From positions 57,846,001-57,910,000 of the forward strand of contig NC_043008.1 of the NCBI RefSeq assembly GCF_006345805.1: a stretch of DNA of 64,000 bases. Reading direction: 5' to 3'. The position numbers and the translations under genes are program-made. The notes beneath the pieces were generated by a model that ran no database searches, had not been told where the DNA came from, and was given only the letters and a program-made list of their open reading frames with translations. Positions within the stretch are counted from its first letter, which is position 1. Every line of letters begins with the position of its first letter. The stretch comes from Octopus sinensis. Lineage: Eukaryota. Of this stretch, positions 59,435 through 64,000 are shown one piece after another.

Positions 59435-61299
59435 GTGTCGCATTTTCTCCGACAAATAACTTCAGTATTATTATCAGAAAAAAAAAGACATTATCTTTGT
59501 AATTGGTAAAATTGTTTCAGTCGTATATGAAATAATATTAAATAGAAGTTGGGTAGAAATGTCCTTGGAGTAATATTTGGAATTACTTTGATCGAATGAC
59601 ATTCTAAATCTTTCAATAATTCGTCTTTTTATATCAACACGAAGACAGAGAATTTTAAGAGAGTGGAGACTACAATGGCGGCCATATTTCTTATCACATG
59701 GACATGAAAGACATAATTTGTGAAACGTAGTTGTAAAATGTTTCTAACTACATCGATCGGAACACAAAATCGTTCATTCTCTGCGGGATTAGAATTGAGA
59801 ACAAGCAGATCACTGAATTAACCCCCCCACACCCACACAGATACATGTTATGGTTCATTAAAATATTCATATATTCTTGGTGCATAGAGAAGTAAATAGC
59901 TGAAAAGATAAGGCATTGTTCAACCCAGGACCAGATTAACTCCGTAACTTACATTGACTAACTGGCATTTAGACATAACTGCTGAATATATCAGAAATAT
60001 ATATCAGTGACTGAGGCAGTATTAGTACGGAAATGTAATATTTATCCCCCACTTCAACGCGCATGTGTGTGTGCGAATGTACTTTTATTCTTTTACTTGT
60101 TTCAGTCATTTGACTGCGGCCATGCTGGAGCACCGCCTTTAGTCGAATGAATCGACGCCGGGACTTATTCTCTATAAGCCTAGTACTTTTTCTATCGGTC
60201 ACTTATGCTGAACCGCTAACTTACGGGGACGTAAACAGACTAGCATCTGTTGTCGAGCGGTGGTGGGAGAACAAACACAAACATATATATATATATACGA
60301 CGGGCTTCTTTCAGTTTCCGTCTAGCAAATCCACTCAAGGCTTATATTGTGTGTATGTGTCTTTGTGTCTGTGTTTGTCCCCCTACGCTGCTTGACAATC
60401 GGTGATTGCGTGTGTTTATGCTCCCGTAATTTAACGGTTCAGCAAAAGAAGCTGTTGTTGTTGTTGTTGTTTGTTCCTTCTTGAGCCATGCCTGGCTCAT
60501 AAGGGCCGGTTTCCCGGTTTCCTTGGCGTATAGGATTCTCCACCTGGACGGGACGCCGGTCCGTCGAGGTGAGCTGCAAGATGCAGGAGGAAAGAGTGAG
60601 AGAAAGTTGTGGCGAACGAGTCAGCAGAAGTTCGCCATTACCTTCAGCCAGAGCCGCGCGGAGCTTAGGCGTATCGCTCATAAACACACACATCGCCCGG
60701 TCTGAGATTCGAACCCGCGATCCCTCGACCATGAGTACGCTGCTCTAACCACTAGGTCATGCGCCTCCACAGCAAAATAAGTACTAAGCCTAAAACAAAA
60801 AGTATATAAGTACTGGGCTCGATTCATTCGACTAAAAATCCTTCAAGGTGGTGCTCCAGCATGAGCGTAGTATCACTATTGAAAACAAATAAAAGATACT
60901 TCACCACTGGTAAGTAGCTTGCTAACCAACCACATGGTTCTGGGTTCAGTCCCACTGCGTGGCATCTTGGGCAAGTGTCTTCTACTATAGCCTCGGGCCG
61001 ACCAAAGCCTTGTGAGTTGATTTGGTAGACGGAAACTGAAAGAAGCCTGTCGTATATATGTATATATATGTGTGTTTGTGTGTCTGTGCCTGTCCCCCCA
61101 CCATCGCTTGACAACCGATGCTGGTGTGTTTACGTCCCCGTCATTAGCGGTTCGGCAAAAAGAGACAGATAGAATAAGTACTGGGCTTACAAAGAATAAG
61201 TCCCGGGGTCGATTTGCTCGACTAAAGGTGGTGCTCCAGCATGGCCGCAGTCAAATGACTGAAACAAGTAAAAGAGAGTAAAAGAGTATTGATTTTATC

Positions 61300-61620
61300 T
61301 TCTGATCGTGATATTCCAAAAGGTCTTCTACATATCCGAATCTCAAACGCTCATAATCTATTCGACGATACTTTCGCTAATGTCCACATTTCAACTCCAT
61401 AGAACAGAATGGACCATACACAACGCTTTAATGTTTGTCCGGTTTCTATATTAATGTTTCTTTGTATTAACATGTTCGGCATTTTGTCAAACCATTTTCT
61501 TGCCCAGTCATTCTTTTGATTTCTACTTTACATTTCTTGTTTTCTGGCTGCATATATCCCCGCTATATACTACCTTTGCTGTGTTGTCCAATTGGATCTC
61601 CGCCATTGAAATATTTACTT
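61300..61620 (-). mobile_element. RTE LINE reverse-transcriptase fragment
   Basis: Decayed EIKR..ARKWFDKM..VWSILFYGVEMWTL..RL*AFEI..RR..IS. Confidence 0.7.
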
Positions 61621-62279
61621 TCAGTGACGGCCGTTAGACATATTTAATTTTATCATATTGTTATTGTTGTTTTTGAAACCCCTGATTATCTCTGATTGAA
61701 CAGATCTGTGATAAAAAGCATTCTAACCATATCTATCAGAAAAATTTTTTATTTGTCATCCACTTCGTATTTATTCAGTGAAAGAAAATCATTACACCAG
61801 AGTAGTCACTATTTTGGTTAATAAAATGGCAGCGAGCTGGCAGAAACGTTAGCACGCCGGGCGAAATGCGTAGCCGTATTTCGTCTGCCGTTACGTTCTG
61901 AGTTCAAATTCCGCCGAGGTCGACTTTGCCTGTCATCCTTTCGGGGTCGATAAATTAAGTACCAGTTACGCACTGGGGTCGATATAATCAACTTAATCCG
62001 TCTGTCTGTCCTTGTTTGTCCCCTCTATGTTTAGCCGACGAAATACTTGTAACGAACTTAGTGTGAGTGAATATCTTCTCTTGTACTTTCGGGGTACAAG
62101 AAAGCAATCACTCACTAGCCGTTGCTTTAATAATCCAGAATCTCTGCCCGTCAGAAACAACAAGACGCAGACGTAAAATATATATATACTACTTTATTCT
62201 CTTTCTTGGTAACAATAACAATAAGTGTGTTATCTGATGTCCTTGGTTCTGGGCGCGCAAGGCTGAAAGTTAATCGATT

Positions 62280-62645
62280 GTAATATTTACAATGTTCAGC
62301 CGCCAAAACAGAAAAGGGTCAAAATGGCGTCCGGAGGAAGAAGATGATGTCTGCAACAATCCAGGTTAAAGGCCTTTTGGTAAGGACTGCTAGAAGCAAG
62401 TTCGAACGGAGAGAAAATATGCGTGACCCTCGCCTTCAATCGCTGGGTCCCAAGTCGCCGCTGCTGCTGCCAGCGGTCAAACGTTCTACGACCCCCTTTA
62501 CCTTGGCTAACCACCAGGTAGGCAAAAGGGTCGTGCTTCCGGTGGTTCGCGCATGCGCGAGAGGGCCCTTCCTTTCTGTGCCTTGGTGAAGGCACCAACA
62601 CGCGCGAAATAGAAAATGGACGGTGCGCGCGCGCGCACCGTTATG
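62280..62645. promoter_or_regulatory. CpG-rich housekeeping-type core promoter
   Basis: Unique GC/CpG-rich island in an AT-rich window. Motifs: YY1-like CAAAATGGCG (62320-62329), ETS CTTCCGG (62536-62542), NRF1 GCGCATGCGC (62549-62558), E2F-like GCGCGAAA (62602-62609). Candidate donors: minus CTA|GTGAGT (exon end 62116) and plus TTG|GTAAGG (exon end 62379). Confidence 0.6.
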
Positions 62646-62847
62646 GTATCACTACATACTTATTTCTTTACTACCCACAAGACGAAAATACGGCTACGCA
62701 TTTCGCCCAGCGTGCTGCTCGCCATCCATTACGGTCGATCTTACCAAACAGTTTCGCACTGGAGGTCCAACAGAATGTTATATAACTCCACGTACACACA
62801 CACACACACACGTGTGTGTGCGTGTACATGAAAGTAATGAGCTGCTT

Positions 62848-63497
62848 GGATCTTTTCCTTTTGAACGGCACACAATTTCTAGTTAACTAAACACTTTAAA
62901 ACTTCGTATACTGGTAGAATGTGTCAAAATAAAACATTTTTTTCTCTTGGCTTTCTTGATAAAATTGTAATTCGTTTGTTTAACGTAGTTTAATTCTTCG
63001 AATTTTAATCAATGAATCGCCTCTAATTGAGCTAAAATCATTTGCTGCGTCTAAAACTGAGACAACATCCTGTCACTAACCCTAAACCTCACCCTAACTC
63101 TAATTTTTTTTTCTTAAATTATAGAATTATTTTGTTTGTTAATTGTTTAAATTATTTTCCATTGCTTTCGTTTTTTTACACGCGTAACAATTAAATTAAT
63201 TTAACAATTAAGAAAAAAAAATTTAGGGTTAGGGTGAGGTTTAGAGTTAGTGACAGGATGTTGTCTCAGTTTTAGACGCAGCAAATGATTTTAGCTCAAT
63301 GGAGGTAATCGATTGGTTAAAATTGCCGAAATGCTCGAAATTTCAGACGATATATCTTACAAACTATAGAATTTTCTCAATAAAACCAAGAGAAAAAAAT
63401 GATGTTTTATAAACACATTCTACCAGTATACAAAGTTTAAAACTTTTTAGTCACCTAGAAATTATGTTACAAAGTGCCGTTCAAAAGGAAAAGATCC
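62848..63497. mobile_element. Foldback MITE M3 (TIR GGATCTTTTCCTTTTGAACGGCAC), about 250-bp arms
   Basis: TSD AGCTGCTT/AGCTGCCT (1 mismatch); each arm carries a CCCTAA-like tract. Confidence 0.88.
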
Positions 63498-64000
63498 AGC
63501 TGCCTTTTTTTATCTATGTCTATCTAGTACACGTATTCACATAACAAAAATCCTACATAATTACGTAGAGAAAGAGAGACAGGCAGACAGACAAGAGACA
63601 GACAGACAGACAGATAGACAATTAGGCTGATAGATAGTGAGTGAGAACAGGAAAATTTAAAAGGCTCTATTACTTTCACAACATTCTTTTCTTTGCAACA
63701 CTTCACTCACACATCCTACCGATTAGTTTCATCAATGTTTCCCGGACTAATTTAAAAAGGATATCTTAATTAGCCTAAATTTGTATCCGTCTTCAAATCG
63801 ATATTCTGACTAAGTTTTTTTTTTATCCATCACTCCATTTACCGCCCCTTGTTTCCCCGCACACCCTTCATCTTCCGTTGCCCCAATTTTTTTTCCCTCC
63901 AAAAACATCGAGGTTAAAGGTTAAAACTACTAAGCGAAACTCTTGAGATGCGATTAATGTGTCGTTTGTTTTTGTTGCTGTTGTAGCAATCATTGTAGAT

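Overview
AT-rich, intergenic/intronic eukaryotic DNA dense in microsatellites and repeats. The SINE repertoire and (TA)n/(CA)n density look like a coleoid cephalopod (Octopus-like); this is recalled from repeat sequences, not proven. One confident gene is present: an intronless 943-aa WDR27 homolog (minus, 10376-13207) with an RFX X-box about 105 bp upstream. A CpG-rich housekeeping-type promoter lies at about 62.3-62.65 kb. The rest is mostly transposon-derived: several tRNA-headed SINE families; relics of Penelope-like, Dong/R4 and RTE retroelements; and relics of mariner, hAT, Helitron and Merlin transposons. Two systems stand out. (1) At least three families of short elements, often (TA)n-associated, carry type I hammerhead ribozyme folds with palindromic stem III and inverted-duplication architecture, and several share a non-canonical CCGANGA core; they look like retrozyme-like or Penelope-terminal-repeat-derived elements. 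(2) A radiation of GG-ended MITEs with 8-bp target-site duplications (TSDs) and telomeric (CCCTAA)n tracts, one of which sits inside a fossil Merlin transposase gene. All protein-family assignments come from motif recognition by eye; no searches were run.
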